Part shown: positions 62,987 through 64,000 of the stretch, piece by piece
How the letters are laid out: each line of letters begins with the position of its first letter
How positions within the stretch are numbered: the stretch's first letter is position 1
IMG/VR virus record: IMGVR_UViG_3300012827_000001
Span: 19,980-83,979 of that record
Source of the DNA: a virus
Taxonomy: Duplodnaviria > Caudoviricetes
Direction: 5' to 3' (one strand)
DNA: 64,000 nt
Position numbers and translations under genes: made by a program
Notes under the pieces: generated by a model
What the model saw: the letters and a program-made list of their open reading frames with translations, nothing else
Told to the model about the DNA's origin: nothing
The model's database searches: none

Positions 62987-63240
62987 CTCGTCGTTCCACT
63001 CGTCAGCGTCAGGCTCTTTTCCGTGCGGGTGCTGATGCGAAGCGTGAGTTCGAGAAGCGCATGCGCATCCGTTGCCAGGAGTGCGACAAGGTCGCTGGTC
63101 GCACTCCTGAGGAGGCGGAGAGCTTGGCCCGGCAGGCGTATGCGATGTATGGCGGCAAGCCGGCCACGAGGGTTTACCAGTGTTACAGCGGGGGGCCGTG
63201 GCATTGGACTCGTTCTGGTTCACCGCGGGTTAAGCAGTGA
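62983..63240 (+). CDS. Hypothetical basic protein
   Basis: AAGGAGG RBS; CQEC...RVYQC...WHWT. Confidence 0.6.
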   Translation: MTRRSTRQRQALFRAGADAKREFEKRMRIRCQECDKVAGRTPEEAESLARQAYAMYGGKPATRVYQCYSGGPWHWTRSGSPRVKQ

Positions 63241-63551
63241 AGGCCACAGACATACCCAAGGCAAGCAGAAGCGCTGTTCATCTCAGGGATGGACAGCGCT
63301 GCCTGCTATGTGGGAAATGGTGTGAGCACCCGCAGCTTCATCACATTGTTTTCCGTTCTCAGGATCGGAACAACCACGACCCGAGCAATCTGGTCTCGCT
63401 AGATTTTGCTTGCCACCGCATTGCCCATTCGCACCCGAGCCTGGTGCGCCCCGCGTTGGAGGCGGTGCTGCAGCAGCCGTGGCTGACGGGCTTCCAGTGG
63501 CTGCGGCAGCAGGGTCACGACATCCGCGGGTTGCGGCGGGGCACCCTCTAG
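63237..63551 (+). CDS. HNH endonuclease
   Basis: VHLRDGQRCLLCG...LHHI...NLVSL...CHRIAH. Confidence 0.88.
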   Translation: MKATDIPKASRSAVHLRDGQRCLLCGKWCEHPQLHHIVFRSQDRNNHDPSNLVSLDFACHRIAHSHPSLVRPALEAVLQQPWLTGFQWLRQQGHDIRGLRRGTL

Positions 63552-63868
63552 GGCTTGTACCAGTCGGGGCAGAGGGTGGCGGGGGCGTGCGAGGCGGCGA
63601 GCGCGTATGTGTTCACGCCTGCTTCTTCGGTGTAGCTCTGGCTTGCCCAGACGAGGATCTGGCCCTCTTGGACTCGCCCGGCTGTCAGGTCTCTGCAGTA
63701 CAGGTAGCCCGCCTTGAGAAGTTCGTCGTCGCTGGCTTCCACGTCTGGGTACTCACTGAGCTCGACGAGGAACGCGGCCTCGCGCTCTTGTTCGACGTCG
63801 CCTGCACCGGCAGCGCAGCCGGTGAGCGTGAGCGTCAGGGCGACCAGGGAGATCCAGTGTCGGCTCAT
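63548..63868 (-). CDS. Small lipoprotein (DUF732-like)
   Basis: Lipobox LTGC after hydrophobic signal; EAAFLVEL...LLKAGYLYC...A...LCP. Confidence 0.75.
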   Translation of the reverse strand: MSRHWISLVALTLTLTGCAAGAGDVEQEREAAFLVELSEYPDVEASDDELLKAGYLYCRDLTAGRVQEGQILVWASQSYTEEAGVNTYALAASHAPATLCPDWYKP

Positions 63869-63910
63869 GCCCTGTTGGATCGGCATGGGCGGCCCTCCGC
63901 TTGAGGCCTG

Positions 63911-63950
63911 CAGCGGGGCTCGTGACACGGTTGTGACACGGGCCCCGCTG
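63911..63950. repeat. Direct repeats GTGACACGG x2 inside inverted repeat cagcggggc/gccccgctg (arm-type site or terminator)
   Basis: GTGACACGG at 63922-63930 and 63933-63941, 25-50 bp from tRNA 3' end. Confidence 0.55.
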
Positions 63951-63975
63951 CGACGCTCTGACCTGCATGTTTACG

Positions 63976-64000
63976 TGCGCCCGAAAGGATTCGAACCTTC
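63976..64000 (-). tRNA. 3' end of a tRNA (possibly Arg), truncated by window edge; probable att core
   Basis: Minus strand GAAGG-TTCGAAT-CCTTT-CGGGCGC-A = T arm + acceptor 3' strand + discriminator. Confidence 0.7.

Larger units (their letters stand above)
1..64000. mobile_element. Actinobacterial siphovirus genome/prophage (both ends may extend beyond window)
   Basis: Contiguous terminase-portal-capsid-tail-tape measure-lysis-replication modules with tightly coupled (ATGA/GTGA/TGATG) genes; tRNA 3' end at right edge. Confidence 0.95.

Overview
The whole 64 kb window is one high-GC actinobacterial siphovirus genome or prophage, most likely temperate. No host housekeeping genes are visible. 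Order: leftward terminal genes; lsr2; FliA/WhiG-like sigma factor; Ig-like gene; lysis cassette; fibre/minor virion genes; divergent HTH pair; TerS?/XRE/TerL; portal, protease, phosphoesterase, scaffold, capsid; neck; major tail; chaperone with -1 frameshift; tape measure; tail tip; glycosyltransferase; C5 methyltransferase; LAxTG cell-wall-anchored protein; Cas4-like/Sak4-like/SSB recombination genes; tRNA-Leu(CAA); primase-helicase; RuvC; WhiB; nucleotide-metabolism trio; many small ORFs; HNH; lipoprotein; and a tRNA 3' end with flanking repeats (probable att site) at the right edge. No integrase or DNA polymerase is recognisable in the window. The strongest unexplained structure is regulatory and has three parts. 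(1) An octamer GTCGAGTG recurs in intergenic gaps just after terminators or stop codons across the lysis and virion region, and twice lies exactly 8 nt before an ATG. It pairs with a phage sigma factor whose region-4.2 helix-turn-helix looks eroded, which suggests a -10-only late promoter system. (2) Fourteen dispersed copies of a 22-bp palindrome GATTCCTGC-N4-GCAGGAATC look like operators. (3) Heavily base-paired intergenic sequences flank lsr2. All protein calls come from motif recognition by eye; no database searches were run.
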